Source: Balanoglossus misakiensis
Lineage: Eukaryota > Animalia > Hemichordata
Direction: 5' to 3'
DNA: 64,000 nucleotides
Assembly (NCBI GenBank): GCA_040954595.2
Contig: CM082582.2
Span: 12,024,415-12,088,414, forward strand
A program made the position numbers and the translations under genes. The stretch's first letter is position 1, and each line of letters starts with the position of its first letter. Positions 25,001-40,000 of the stretch are shown here, piece by piece. The notes under the pieces were generated by a model. That model had not been told where the DNA came from and did not search any database. It saw nothing but the letters and a program-made list of their open reading frames with translations.

Positions 25001-28000
25001 TTTAAGGTGATCCGAAATTGTTATTTCAAAGTTGCCTTGAGACTTTGATTTTTTTTTGAGGCGCACACTCAGCTAAAAAGTGGCAACATTAGAACATAGA
25101 ACCAAGGAAATAGATGACATTTAGAATATAAATGATGTTCATGGCAGTGAAAGATATTGAAGGCATCTATCTGGTAACATCAGATTCAACCCAGAATGCA
25201 CTGCGGAGGAGCGAGCAGACAGTCTGGTCGATACAGTCCGGCGATGGTCTGGCGTTGGCGACACTATTCTAAGCATTTGCCCATTAATTGACAAGCCTAC
25301 TGCTTTCAATTTGAACATAAACACTATCACAACCAGCGCAGGCTGTCATGAAAAATGTATATACTCTACAGCACTGCAACTTTCATCGCGGCCCCAACAA
25401 AACCTCCGGATGATAAATTTACAAAGTTTTCTGTCCAAGGACGACCAATGCACCAAAATAAGAAGATGCTGTGATAGGGCAGTCCGCGAGCAATTGTTTG
25501 GGTCGCAAAGTTCACCCATCTAAGGGTCATCCGGTCGAATTTGATGAATTGGAAAGTCTCTTTCTATTTCGTTGTGTTGAAACACATGACGAGGAGGTGT
25601 CAATTCGTCAAAATGAAATAGTGCGTTTATAATTTTCTTGATTCGTTATAGGGGGCCTATACAAAGCTGGTGTTGATAGAGTCTCGAGTGATGGACACAC
25701 AGTGGACGTACTTCACACGAAAAATGCGTGGATAAACTGTAACCCATGCATAAGACAGATAAAATGCCAACATGACTAAAATTCACAAAGTCGGGAGTCT
25801 GTCATTTTTTCAGCGTTCATGAGCTATAATCCATGCATATGACATGAAAGTGCCAAAATGACCAACATTTCCAAAGTCAAGATTTTGTCATTTTTGAGCG
25901 TTCATGAGCTATAATCCATGCTTATGATAAGAAACTGCCAAAATGACCAACATTTCCATCAAATCATCAAAAATGACAAATTTTCGACTTTGTGAATTTT
26001 CAAAATTTCTTCATTTTTTCAAAAAAATCATGGGTTATAGCTCATGAAAATCATCCAAAAATGACAATTTTTCGACTTTGCGAAATTTCAAAATTTCTTC
26101 ATTTTTTGAAAAAATCATGGGTTATAGCTCATGAAAATCATCCAAAAATGACAATTTTTCGACTTTGCGAAATTTCAAAATTTCTTCATTTTTTGAAAAA
26201 ATCATGGGTTATAGCTCATGAAAATCATCCAAAAATGACAATTATTCGACTTTGCGAAATTTCAAAATTTCTTCATTTTTTTGAAAAAACCATGGGTTAT
26301 AGCTCATGAAAATCATCCAAAAATGACAATTTTTCGACTTTGCGAAATTTCAAAATTTCTTCATTTTTTGAAAAATCATGGGTTATAGCTCATGAAAATC
26401 ATCCAAAAATGAGAATTTTTCGACTTTGCGGAATTTCAAAATTTGGCCGATTTTTGAAAAAATCATGGGTTATAGCTCATGAAAATCATCCAAAAATGAG
26501 AATTTTTCGACTTTGCGGAATTTCAAAATTTGGCCGATTTTTGAAAAAATCATGGGTTATAGCTCATGAAAATCATCCAAAAATGAGAATTTTTCGACTT
26601 TGCGGAATTTCAAAATTTGGCCGATTTTTGAAAAAATCATGGGTTATAGCTCATGAAAATCATCCAAAAATGACAATTTTTCGACTTCGCGAAATTTCAA
26701 AATTTCTTCATTTTTTGAAAAAATCATGGGTTATAGCTCATGAAAATCATCCAAAAATGACAATTTTTCGACTTTGCGAAATTCAAAAAATTTCTTCATT
26801 TTTTGAAAAAACCATGGGTTATAGCTCATGAAAATCATCCAAAAATGACAATTTTTCAACTTTGCGGAATTTCAAAATTTGGCCGATTTTTGAAAAAATC
26901 ATGGGTTATAGCTCATGAAAATCATCCAAAAATGACAATTTTTCGACTTTGCGGAATTTCAAAATTTCTTCATTTTTTGAAAAAATCATGGGTTATAGCT
27001 CATGAAAATCATCCAAAAATGAGAATTTTTCGACTTTGCGGAATTTCAAAATTTGGCCGATTTTTGAAAAAATCATGGGTTATAGCTCATGAAAATCATC
27101 CAAAAATGAGAATTATTCGACCTTGCGGAATTTCAAAATTTGGCCGATTTTTGAAAAAATCATGGGTTATAGCTCATGAAAATCATCCAAAAATGACAAT
27201 TTTTCGACTTTGCGGAATTTCAAAATTTCTTCATTTTTTGAAAAAATCATGGGTTATAGCTCATGAAAATCATCCAAAAATGAGAATTTTTCGACTTTGC
27301 GGAATTTCAAAATTTGGCCGATTTTTGAAAAAATCATGGGTTATAGCTCATGAAAATCATCCAAAAATGAGAATTTTTCGACTTTGCGGAATTTCAAAAT
27401 TTGGCCGATTTTTGAAAAAATCATGGGTTATAGCTCATGAAAATCATCCAAAAATGAGAATTTTTCGACTTTGCGGAATTTCAAAATTTGGCCGATTTTG
27501 GAAAAAATCATGGGTTATAGCTCATGAAAATCATCCAAAAATGAGAATTTTTCGACTTTGCGGAATTTCAAAATTTGGCCGATTTTTGAAAAAATCATGG
27601 GTTATAGCTCATGAAAATCATCCAAAAATGAGAATTTTTCGACTTTGCGGAATTTCAAAATTTGGCCGATTTTTGAAAAAATCATGGGTTATAGCTCATG
27701 AAAATCATCCAAAAATGAGAATTTTTCGACTTTGCGGAATTTCAAAATTTGGCCGATTTTTGAAAAAATCATGGGTTATAGCTCATGAAAATCATCCAAA
27801 AATGACAATTTTTCGACTTTGCGGAATTTCAAAATTTCTTCATTTTTTGAAAAAATCATGGGTTATAGCTCATGAAAATCATCCAAAAATGAGAATTTTT
27901 CGACTTTGCGGAATTTCAAAATTTGGCCGATTTTTGAAAAAATCATGGGTTATAGCTCATGAAAATCATCCAAAAATGAGAATTTTTCGACCTTGCGGAA

Positions 28001-31000
28001 TTTCAAAATTTGGCCGATTTTTGAAAAAATCATGGGTTATAGCTCATGAAAATCATCCAAAAATGAGAATTTTTCGACTTTGCGGAATTTCAAAATTTGG
28101 CCGATTTTTGAAAAAATCATGGGTTATAGCTCATGAAAATCATCCAAAAATGAGAATTTTTCGACTTTGCGGAATTTCAAAATTTGGCCGATTTTTGAAA
28201 AAATCATGGGTTATAGCTCATGAAAATCATCCAAAAATGAGAATTTTTCGACTTTGCGGAATTTCAAAATTTGGCCGATTTTTGAAAAAATCATGGGTTA
28301 TAGCTCATGAAAATCATCCAAAAATGAGAATTTTTCGACTTTGCGGAATTTCAAAATTTGGCCGATTTTTGAAAAAATCATGGGTTATAGCTCATGAAAA
28401 TCATCCAAAAATGAGAATTTTTCGACTTTGCGGAATTTCAAAATTTGGCCGATTTTTGAAAAAATCATGGGTTATAGCTCATGAAAATCATCCAAAAATG
28501 AGAATTTTTCGACTTTGCGGAATTTCAAAATTTGGCCGATTTTTGAAAAAATCATGGGTTATAGCTCATGAAAATCATCCAAAAATGAGAATTTTTCGAC
28601 TTTGCGAAATTTCAAAAATTCTTCATTTTTTGAAAAAATCATGGGTTATAGCTCATGAAAATCATCCAAAAATGACAATTTTTAGACTTTGCGAAATTTC
28701 AAAATTTCTTCATTTTTTGAAAAAATCATGGGTTATAGCTCATGAAAATCATCAAAAAATGACAATTTTTCGACTTCGCGAAATTTCAAAATTTCTTCAT
28801 TTTTTGAAAAAATCATGGGTTATAGCTCATGAAAATCATCCAAACATGACAATTTTTCGACTTTGCGAAATTTCAAAATTTCTTCATTTTTTGAAAAAAC
28901 CATGGGTTATAGGTCATGAAAATCATCCAAAAATGAGAATTTTTCGACTTTGCGGAATTTCAAAATTTGGCCGATTTTTGAAAAAATCATGGGTTATAGC
29001 TCATGAAAATCATCCAAAAATGAGAATTTTTCGACTTTGCGGAATTTCAAAATTTGGCCGCTTTTTGAAAAAAATCATGGGTTATAGCTCATGAAAATCA
29101 TCCAAAAATGACAATTTTTCGACTTTGCGAAATTTCAAAATTTCTTCATTTTTTTGAAAAAATCATGGGTTATAGCTCATGAAAATCATCCAAAAATGAG
29201 AATTTTTCGACTTTGCGAAATTTCAAAATTTGGCCGATTTTTGAAAAAATCATGGGTTATAGCTCATGAAAATCATCCAAAAATGAGAATTTTTCGACTT
29301 TGCGGAATTTCAAAATTTGGCCGATTTTTGAAAAAATCATGGGTTATAGCTCATGAAAATCATCCAAAAATGAGAATTTTTCGACTTTGCGGAATTTCAA
29401 AATTTGGCCGATTTTTGAAAAAATCATGGGTTATAGCTCATGAAAATCATCCAAAAATGAGAATTTTTCGACTTTGCGGAATTTCAAAATTTGGCCGATT
29501 TTTGAAAAAATCATGGGTTATAGCTCATGAAAATCATCCAAAAATGAGAATTTTTCGACTTTGCGGAATTTCAAAATTTGGCCGATTTTTGAAAAAATCA
29601 TGGGTTATAGCTCATGAAAATCATCCAAAAATGAGAATTTTTCGACTTTGCGGAATTTCAAAATTTGGCCGATTTTTGAAAAAATCATGGGTTATAGCTC
29701 ATGAAAATCATCCAAAAATGAGAATTTTTCGACTTTGCGGAATTTCAAAATTTGGCCGATTTTTGAAAAAATCATGGGTTATAGCTCATGAAAATCATCC
29801 AAAAATGAGAATTTTTCGACTTTGCGGAATTTCAAAATTTGGCCGATTTTTGAAAAAATCATGGGTTATAGCTCATGAAAATCATCCAAAAATGAGAATT
29901 TTTCGACTTTGCGGAATTTCAAAATTTGGCCGCTTTTTGAAAAAAATCATGGGTTATAGCTCATGAAAATCATCCAAAAATGACAATTTTTCGACTTTGC
30001 GAAATTTCAAAATTTCTTCATTTTTTTGAAAAAATCATGGGTTATAGCTCATGAAAATCATCCAAAAATGACAATTTTTCGACTTTGCGAAATTTCAAAA
30101 TTTGGCCGATTTTTGAAAAAATCATGGGTTATAGCTCATGAAAATCATCCAAAAATGAGAATTTTTCGACTTTGCGGAATTTCAAAATTTGGCCGATTTT
30201 TGAAAAAATCATGGGTTATAGCTCATGAAAATCATCCAAAAATGAGAATTTTTCGACTTTGCGGAATTTCAAAATTTGGCCGATTTTTGAAAAAATCATG
30301 GGTTATAGCTCATGAAAATCATCCAAAAATGAGAATTTTTCGACTTTGCGGAATTTCAAAATTTGGCCGATTTTTGAAAAAATCATGGGTTATAGCTCAT
30401 GAAAATCATCCAAAAATGAGAATTTTTCGACTTTGCGGAATTTCAAAATTTGGCCGATTTTTGAAAAAATCATGGGTTATAGCTCATGAAAATCATCCAA
30501 AAATGAGAATTTTTCGACTTTGCGGAATTTCAAAATTTGGCCGATTTTTGAAAAAATCATGGGTTATAGCTCATGAAAATCATCCAAAAATGAGAATTTT
30601 TCGACTTTGCGGAATTTCAAAATTTGGCCGATTTTTGAAAAAATCATGGGTTATAGCTCATGAAAATCATCCAAAAATGAGAATTTTTCGACTTTGCGGA
30701 ATTTCAAAATTTGGCCGATTTTTGAAAAAATCATGGGTTATAGCTCATGAAAATCATCCAAAAATGAGAATTTTTCGACTTTGCGGAATTTCAAAATTTG
30801 GCCGATTTTTGAAAAAATCATGGGTTATAGCTCATGAAAATCATCCAAAAATGAGAATTTTTCGACTTTGCGGAATTTCAAAATTTGGCCGATTTTTGAA
30901 AAAATCATGGGTTATAGCTCATGAAAATCATCCAAAAATGAGAATTTTTCGACTTTGCGGAATTTCAAAATTTGGCCGATTTTTGAAAAAATCATGGGTT

Positions 31001-34000
31001 ATAGCTCATGAAAATCATCCAAAAATGAGAATTTTTCGACTTTGCGGAATTTCAAAATTTGGCCGATTTTTGAAAAAATCATGGGTTATAGCTCATGAAA
31101 ATCATCCAAAAATGACAATTTTTCGACTTTGCGGAATTTCAAAATTTGGCCGATTTTTGAAAAAATCATGGGTTATAGCTCATGAAAATCATCCAAAAAT
31201 GAGAATTTTTCGACTTTGCGGAATTTCAAAATTTGGCCGATTTTTGAAAAAATCATGGGTTATAGCTCATGAAAATCATCCAAAAATGAGAATTTTTCGA
31301 CTTTGCGGAATTTCAAAATTTGGCCGATTTTTGAAAAAATCATGGGTTATAGCTCATGAAAATCATCCAAAAATGAGAATTTTTCGACTTTGCGGAATTT
31401 CAAAATTTCTTCATTTTTTGAAAAAATCATGGGTTATAGCTCATGAAAATCATCCAAAAATGAGAATTTTTCGACTTTGCGGAATTTCAAAATTTGGCCG
31501 ATTTTTGAAAAAATCATGGGTTATAGCTCATGAAAATCATCCAAAAATGAGAATTTTTCGATTTTGCGGAATTTCAAAATTTGGCCGATTTTTGAAAAAA
31601 TCATGGGTTATAGCTCATGAAAATCATCCAAAAATGAGAATTTTTCGACTTTGCGGAATTTCAAAATTTGGCCTATTTTTGAAAAAATCATGGGTTATAG
31701 CTCATGAAAATCATCCAAAAATGAGAATTTTTCGACTTTGCGGAATTTCAAAATTTGGCCGATTTTTGAAAAAATCATGGGTTATAGCTCATGAAAATCA
31801 TCCAAAAATGAGAATTTTTCGACTTTGCGGAATTTCAAAATTTGGCCGATTTTTGAAAAAATCATGGGTTATAGCTCATGAAAATCATCCAAAAATGAGA
31901 ATTTTTCGACTTTGCGGAATTTCAAAATTTGGCCGATTTTTGAAAAAATCATGGGTTATAGCTCATGAAAATCATCCAAAAATGAGAATTTTTCGACTTT
32001 GCGGAATTTCAAAATTTGGCCGATTTTTGAAAAAATCATGGGTTATAGCTCATGAAAATCATCCAAAAATGAGAATTTTTCGACTTTGCGGAATTTCAAA
32101 ATTTGGCCGATTTTTGAAAAAATCATGGGTTATAGCTCATGAAAATCATCCAAAAATGAGAATTTTTCGACTTTGCGGAATTTCAAAATTTGGCCGATTT
32201 TTGAAAAAATCATGGGTTATAGCTCATGAAAATCATCCAAAAATGAGAATTTTTCGACTTTGCGGAATTTCAAAATTTGGCCGATTTTTGAAAAAATCAT
32301 GGGTTATAGCTCATGAAAATCATCCAAAAATGAGAATTTTTCGACTTTGCGGAATTTCAAAATTTGGCCGATTTTTGAAAAAATCATGGGTTATAGCTCA
32401 TGAAAATCATCCAAAAATGAGAATTTTTCGACTTTGCGGAATTTCAAAATTTGGCCGATTTTTGAAAAAATCATGGGTTATAGCTCATGAAAATCATCCA
32501 AAAATGACAATTTTTCGACTTTGCGGAATTTCAAAATTTGGCCGATTTTTGAAAAAATCATGGGTTATAGCTCATGAAAATCATCCAAAAATGAGAATTT
32601 TTCGACTTTGCGGAATTTCAAAATTTGGCCGATTTTTGAAAAAATCATGGGTTATAGCTCATGAAAATCATCCAAAAATGAGAATTTTTCGACTTTGCGG
32701 AATTTCAAAATTTGGCCGATTTTTGAAAAAATCATGGGTTATAGCTCATGAAAATCATCCAAAAATGAGAATTTTTCGACTTTGCGGAATTTCAAAATTT
32801 CTTCATTTTTTGAAAAAATCATGGGTTATAGCTCATGAAAATCATCCAAAAATGAGAATTTTTCGACTTTGCGGAATTTCAAAATTTGGCCGATTTTTGA
32901 AAAAATCATGGGTTATAGCTCATGAAAATCATCCAAAAATGAGAATTTTTCGATTTTGCGGAATTTCAAAATTTGGCCGATTTTTGAAAAAATCATGGGT
33001 TATAGCTCATGAAAATCATCCAAAAATGAGAATTTTTCGACTTTGCGGAATTTCAAAATTTGGCCTATTTTTGAAAAAATCATGGGTTATAGCTCATGAA
33101 AATCATCCAAAAATGAGAATTTTTCGACTTTGCGGAATTTCAAAATTTGGCCGATTTTTGAAAAAAATCATGGGTTATAGCTCATGAAAATCATCCAAAA
33201 TGAGAATTTTTCGACTTTGCGGAATTTCAAAATTTGGCCGATTTTTGAAAAAATCATGGGTTATAGCTCATGAAAATCATCCAAAAATGAGAATTTTTCG
33301 ACTTTGCGGAATTTCAAAATTTGGCCGATTTTTGAAAAATTCATGGGTTATAGCTCATGAAAATCATCCAAAAATGAGAATTTTTCGACTTTGCGGAATT
33401 TCAAAATTTGGCCGATTTTTGAAAAAATCATGGGTTATAGCTCATGAAAATCATCCAAAAATGAGAATTTTTCGACTTTGCGGAATTTCAAAATTTGGCC
33501 GATTTTTGAAAAAATCATGGGTTATAGCTCATGAAAATCATCCAAAAATGAGAATTTTTCGACTTTGCGGAATTTCAAAATTTGGCCGATTTTTGAAAAA
33601 ATCATGGGTTATAGCTCATGAAAATCATCCAAAAATGAGAATTTTTCGACTTTGCGGAATTTCAAAATTTGGCCGATTTTTGAAAAAATCATGGGTTATA
33701 GCTCATGAAAATCATCCAAAAATGAGAATTTTTCGACTTTGCGGAATTTCAAAATTTGGCCGATTTTTGAAAAAATCATGGGTTATAGCTCATGAAAATC
33801 ATCCAAAAATGAGAATTTTTCGACTTTGCGGAATTTCAAAATTTGGCCGATTTTTGAAAAAATCATGGGTTATAGCTCATGAAAATCATCCAAAAATGAG
33901 AATTTTTCGACTTTGCGGAATTTCAAAATTTGGCCGATTTTTGAAAAAATCATGGGTTATAGCTCATGAAAATCATCCAAAAATGAGAATTTTTCGACTT

Positions 34001-37000
34001 TGCGGAATTTCAAAATTTGGCCGATTTTTGAAAAAATCATGGGTTATAGCTCATGAAAATCATCCAAAAATGAGAATTTTTCGACTTTGCGGAATTTCAA
34101 AATTTGGCCGATTTTTGAAAAAATCATGGGTTATAGCTCATGAAAATCATCCAAAAATGAGAATTTTTCGACTTTGCGGAATTTCAAAATTTGGCCGATT
34201 TTTGAAAAAATCATGGGTTATAGCTCATGAAAATCATCCAAAAATGAGAATTTTTCGACTTTGCGGAATTTCAAAATTTGGCCGATTTTTGAAAAAATCA
34301 TGGGTTATAGCTCATGAAAATCATCCAAAAATGAGAATTTTTCGACTTTGCGGAATTTCAAAATTTGGCCGATTTTTGAAAAAATCATGGGTTATAGCTC
34401 ATGAAAATCATCCAAAAATGAGAATTTTTCGACTTTGCGGAATTTCAAAATTTGGCCGATTTTTGAAAAAATCATGGGTTATAGCTCATGAAAATCATCC
34501 AAAAATGAGAATTTTTCGACTTTGCGGAATTTCAAAATTTGGCCGATTTTTGAAAAAATCATGGGTTATAGCTCATGAAAATCATCCAAAAATGAGAATT
34601 TTTCGACTTTGCGGAATTTCAAAATTTGGCCGATTTTTGAAAAAATCATGGGTTATAGCTCATGAAAATCATCCAAAAATGAGAATTTTTCGACTTTGCG
34701 GAATTTCAAAATTTGGCCGATTTTTGAAAAAATCATGGGTTATAGCTCATGAAAATCATCCAAAAATGAGAATTTTTTGACTTTGCGGAATTTCAAAATT
34801 TGGCCGATTTTTGAAAAAATCATGGGTTATAGCTCATGAAAATCATCCAAAAATGAGAATTTTTCGACTTTGCGGAATTTCAAAATTTGGCCGATTTTTG
34901 AAAGAATCATGGGTTATAGCTCATGAAAATCATCCAAAAATGACAATTTTTCGACTTTGCGGAATTTCAAAATTTGGCCGATTTTTGAAAAAATCATGGG
35001 TTATAGCTCATGAAAATCATCCAAAAATGAGAATTTTTCGACTTTGCGGAATTTCAAAATTTGGCCGATTTTTGAAAAAATCATGGGTTATAGCTCATGA
35101 AAATCATCCAAAAATGAGAATTTTTCGACTTTGCGGAATTTCAAAATTTGGCCGATTTTTGAAAAAATCATGGGTTATAGCTCATGAAAATCATCCAAAA
35201 ATGACAATTTTTCGACTTTGCGGAATTTCAAAATTTGGCCGATTTTTGAAAAAATCATGGGTTATAGCTCATGAAAATCATCCAAAAATGAGAATTTTTC
35301 GACTTTGCGGAATTTCAAAATTTGGCCGATTTTTGAAAAAATCATGGGTTATAGCTCATGAAAATCATCCAAAAATGACAATTTTTCGACTTTGCGGAAT
35401 TTCAAAATTTGGCCGATTTTTGAAAAAATCATGGGTTATAGCTCATGAAAATCATCCAAAAATGAGAATTTTTCGACTTTGCGGAATTTCAAAATTTGGC
35501 CGATTTTTGAAAAAATCATGGGTTATAGCTCATGAAAATCATCCAAAAATGAGAATTTTTCGACTTTGCGAAATTTCAAAAATTCTTCATTTTTTGAAAA
35601 AATCATGGGTTATAGCTCATGAAAATCATCCAAAATGAGAATTTTTAGACTTTGCGAAATTTCAAAATTTCTTCATTTTTTGAAAAAATCATGGGTTATA
35701 GCTCATGAAAATCATCCAAAAATGAGAATTTTTCGACTTTGCGGAATTTCAAAATTTGGCCGATTTTTGGAAAAATCATGGGTTATAGCTCATGAAAATC
35801 ATCCAAAAATGAGAATTTTTCGACTTTGCGGAATTTCAAAATTTGGCCGATTTTTGAAAAAATCATGGGTTATAGCTCATGAAAATCATCCAAAAATGAG
35901 AATTTTTCGACTTTGCGAAATTTCAAAAATTCTTCATTTTTTGAAAAAATCATGGGTTATAGCTCATGAAAATCATCCAAAAATGAGAATTTTTAGACTT
36001 TGCGAAATTTCAAAATTTCTTCATTTTTTGAAAAAATCATGGGTTATAGCTCATGAAAATCATCCAAAAATGACAATTTTTCGACTTCGCGAAATTTCAA
36101 AATTTCTTCATTTTTTGAAAAAATCATGGGTTATAGCTCATGAAAATCATCCAAAAATGACAATTTTTCGACTTTGCGAAATTTCAAAATTTCTTCATTT
36201 TTTGAAAAAACCATGGGTTATAGCTCATGAAAATCATCCAAAAATGACAATTTTTCAACTTTGCGAAATTTCAAAATTTCTTCATTTTTTTGAAAAAATC
36301 ATGGGTTATAGCTCATGAAAATCATCCAAAAATGAGAATTTTTCGACTTTGCGAAATTTCAAAATTTCTTCATTTTTTTGAAAAACCCATGGGTTATAGC
36401 TCATGAAAATCATCCAAAAATGACAATTTTTCGACTTTGCGAAATTTCAAAATTTCTTCATTTTTTTGAAAAAACCATGGGTTATAGCTCATGAAAATCA
36501 TCCAAAAATGACAATTTTTCGACTTTGCGGAATTTCAAAATTTGGCCGATTTTTGAAAAAATCATGGGTTATAGCTCATGAAAATCATCCAAAAATGACA
36601 ATTTTTCGACTTTGCGGAATTTCAAAATTTCTTCATTTTTTGAAAAAATCATGGGTTATAGCTCATGAAAATCATCCAAAAATGAGAATTTTTCGACTTT
36701 GCGGAATTTCAAAATTTGGCCGATTTTTGAAAAAATCATGGGTTATAGCTCATGAAAATCATCCAAAAATGAGAATTTTTCGACTTTGCGGAATTTCAAA
36801 ATTTGGCCGATTTTTGAAAAAATCATGGGTTATAGCTCATGAAAATCATCCAAAAATGAGAATTTTTCGACTTTGCGGAATTTCAAAATTTGGCCGATTT
36901 TTGAAAAAATCATGGGTTATAGCTCATGAAAATCATCCAAAAATGAGAATTTTTCGACTTTGCGGAATTTCAAAATTTGGCCGATTTTTGAAAAAATCAT

Positions 37001-40000
37001 GGGTTATAGCTCATGAAAATCATCCAAAAATGAGAATTTTTCGACTTTGCGGAATTTCAAAATTTGGCCGATTTTTGAAAAAATCATGGGTTATAGCTCA
37101 TGAAAATCATCCAAAAATGAGTATTTTTCGACTTTGCGGAATTTCAAAATTTGGCCGATTTTTGAAAAAATCATGGGTTATAGCTCATGAAAATCATCCA
37201 AAAATGAGAATTTTTCGACTTTGCGAAATTTCAAAAATTCTTCATTTTTTGAAAAAATCATGGGTTATAGCTCATGAAAATCATCCAAAAATGAGAATTT
37301 TTAGACTTTGCGAAATTTCAAAATTTCTTCATTTTTTGAAAAAATCATGGGTTATAGCTCATGAAAATCATCCAAAAATGACAATTTTTCGACTTCGCGA
37401 AATTTCAAAATTTCTTCATTTTTTGAAAAAATCATGGGTTATAGCTCATGAAAATCATCCAAAAATGACAATTTTTCGACTTTGCGAAATTTCAAAATTT
37501 CTTCATTTTTTGAAAAAACCATGGGTTATAGCTCATGAAAATCATCCAAAAATGACAATTTTTCAACTTTGCGAAATTTCAAAATTTCTTCATTTTTTTG
37601 AAAAAATCATGGGTTATAGCTCATGAAAATCATCCAAAAATGAGAATTTTTCGACTTTGCGAAATTTCAAAATTTCTTCATTTTTTTGAAAAACCCATGG
37701 GTTATAGCTCATGAAAATCATCCAAAAATGACAATTTTTCGACTTTGCGAAATTTCAAAATTTCTTCATTTTTTTGAAAAAACCATGGGTTATAGCTCAT
37801 GAAAATCATCCAAAAATGACAATTTTTCGACTTTGCGGAATTTCAAAATTTCTTCATTTTTTGAAAAAATCATGGGTTATAGCTCATGAAAATCATCCAA
37901 AAATGAGAATTTTTCGACTTTGCGGAATTTCAAAATTTGGCCGATTTTTGAAAAAATCATGGGTTATAGCTCATGAAAATCATCCAAAAATGAGAATTTT
38001 TCGACCTTGCGGAATTTCAAAATTTGGCCGATTTTTGAAAAAATCATGGGTTATAGCTCATGAAAATCATCCAAAAATGAGAATTCTTCGACTTTGCGGA
38101 ATTTCAAAATTTGGCCGATTTTTGAAAAAATCATGGGTTATAGCTCATGAAAATCATCCAAAAATGAGAATTTTTCGACTTTGCGGAATTTCAAAATTTG
38201 GCCGATTTTTGAAAAAATCATGGGTTATAGCTCATGAAAATCATCCAAAAATGAGAATTTTTCGACTTTGCGGAATTTCAAAATTTGGCCGATTTTTGAA
38301 AAAATCATGGGTTATAGCTCATGAAAATCATCCAAAAATGAGATTTTTTCGACTTTGCGGAATTTCAAAATTTGGCCGATTTTTGAAAAAATCATGGGTT
38401 ATAGCTCATGAAAATCATCCAAAAATGAGAATTTTTCGACTTTGCGAAATTTCAAAAATTCTTCATTTTTTGAAAAAATCATGGGTTATAGCTCATGAAA
38501 ATCATCCAAAAATGAGAATTTTTAGACTTTGCGAAATTTCAAAATTTCTTCATTTTTTGAAAAAATCATGGGTTATAGCTCATGAAAATCATCCAAAAAT
38601 GACAATTTTTCGACTTCGCGAAATTTCAAAATTTCTTCATTTTTTGAAAAAATCATGGGTTATAGCTCATGAAAATCATCCAAAAATGACAATTTTTCGA
38701 CTTTGCGAAATTTCAAAATTTCTTCATTTTTTGAAAAAACCATGGGTTATAGCTCATGAAAATCATCCAAAAATGACAATTTTTCAACTTTGCGAAATTT
38801 CAAAATTTCTTCATTTTTTTGAAAAAATCATGGGTTATAGCTCATGAAAATCATCCAAAAATGAGAATTTTTCGACTTTGCGAAATTTCAAAATTTCTTC
38901 ATTTTTTTGAAAAACCCATGGGTTATAGCTCATGAAAATCATCCAAAAATGACAATTTTTCGACTTTGCGAAATTTCAAAATTTCTTCATTTTTTTGAAA
39001 AAACCATGGGTTATAGCTCATGAAAATCATCCAAAAATGACAATTTTTCGACTTTGCGGAATTTCAAAATTTCTTCATTTTTTGAAAAAATCATGGGTTA
39101 TAGCTCATGAAAATCATCCAAAAATGAGAATTTTTCGACTTTGCGGAATTTCAAAATTTGGCCGATTTTTGAAAAAATCATGGGTTATAGCTCATGAAAA
39201 TCATCCAAAAATGAGAATTTTTCGACCTTGCGGAATTTCAAAATTTGGCCGATTTTTGAAAAAATCATGGGTTATAGCTCATGAAAATCATCCAAAAATG
39301 AGAATTCTTCGACTTTGCGGAATTTCAAAATTTGGCCGATTTTTGAAAAAATCATGGGTTATAGCTCATGAAAATCATCCAAAAATGAGAATTTTTCGAC
39401 TTTGCGGAATTTCAAAATTTGGCCGATTTTTGAAAAAATCATGGGTTATAGCTCATGAAAATCATCCAAAAATGAGAATTTTTCGACTTTGCGGAATTTC
39501 AAAATTTGGCCGATTTTTGAAAAAATCATGGGTTATAGCTCATGAAAATCATCCAAAAATGAGATTTTTTCGACTTTGCGGAATTTCAAAATTTGGCCGA
39601 TTTTTGAAAAAATCATGGGTTATAGCTCATGAAAATCATCCAAAAATGAGAATTTTTCGACTTTGCGGAATTTCAAAATTTGGCCGATTTTTGAAAAAAT
39701 CATGGGTTATAGCTCATGAAAATCATCCAAAAATGAAAATTTTTCGACTTTGCGGAATTTCAAAATTTAGCCGATTTTTGAAAAAATCATGGGTTATAGC
39801 TCATGAAAATCATCCAAAAATGACAATTTTTCGACTTTGCGAAATTTCAAAATTTCTTCATTTTTTGAAAAAAATCATGGGTTATAGCTCATGAAAATCA
39901 TCCAAAATGAAAATTTTTCGACTTTGCGAAATTTCAAAATTTCTTCATTTTTTTGAAAAAACCATGGGTTATAGCTCATGAAAATCATCCAAAAATGACA

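Noticed and set aside
30155-30180. CENP-B-box-like TTCGactttgCGGA in each monomer
   Set aside because: Spacing is 6 rather than 7 nt, and the conserved A and final G of TTCGNNNNANNCGGG are missing.
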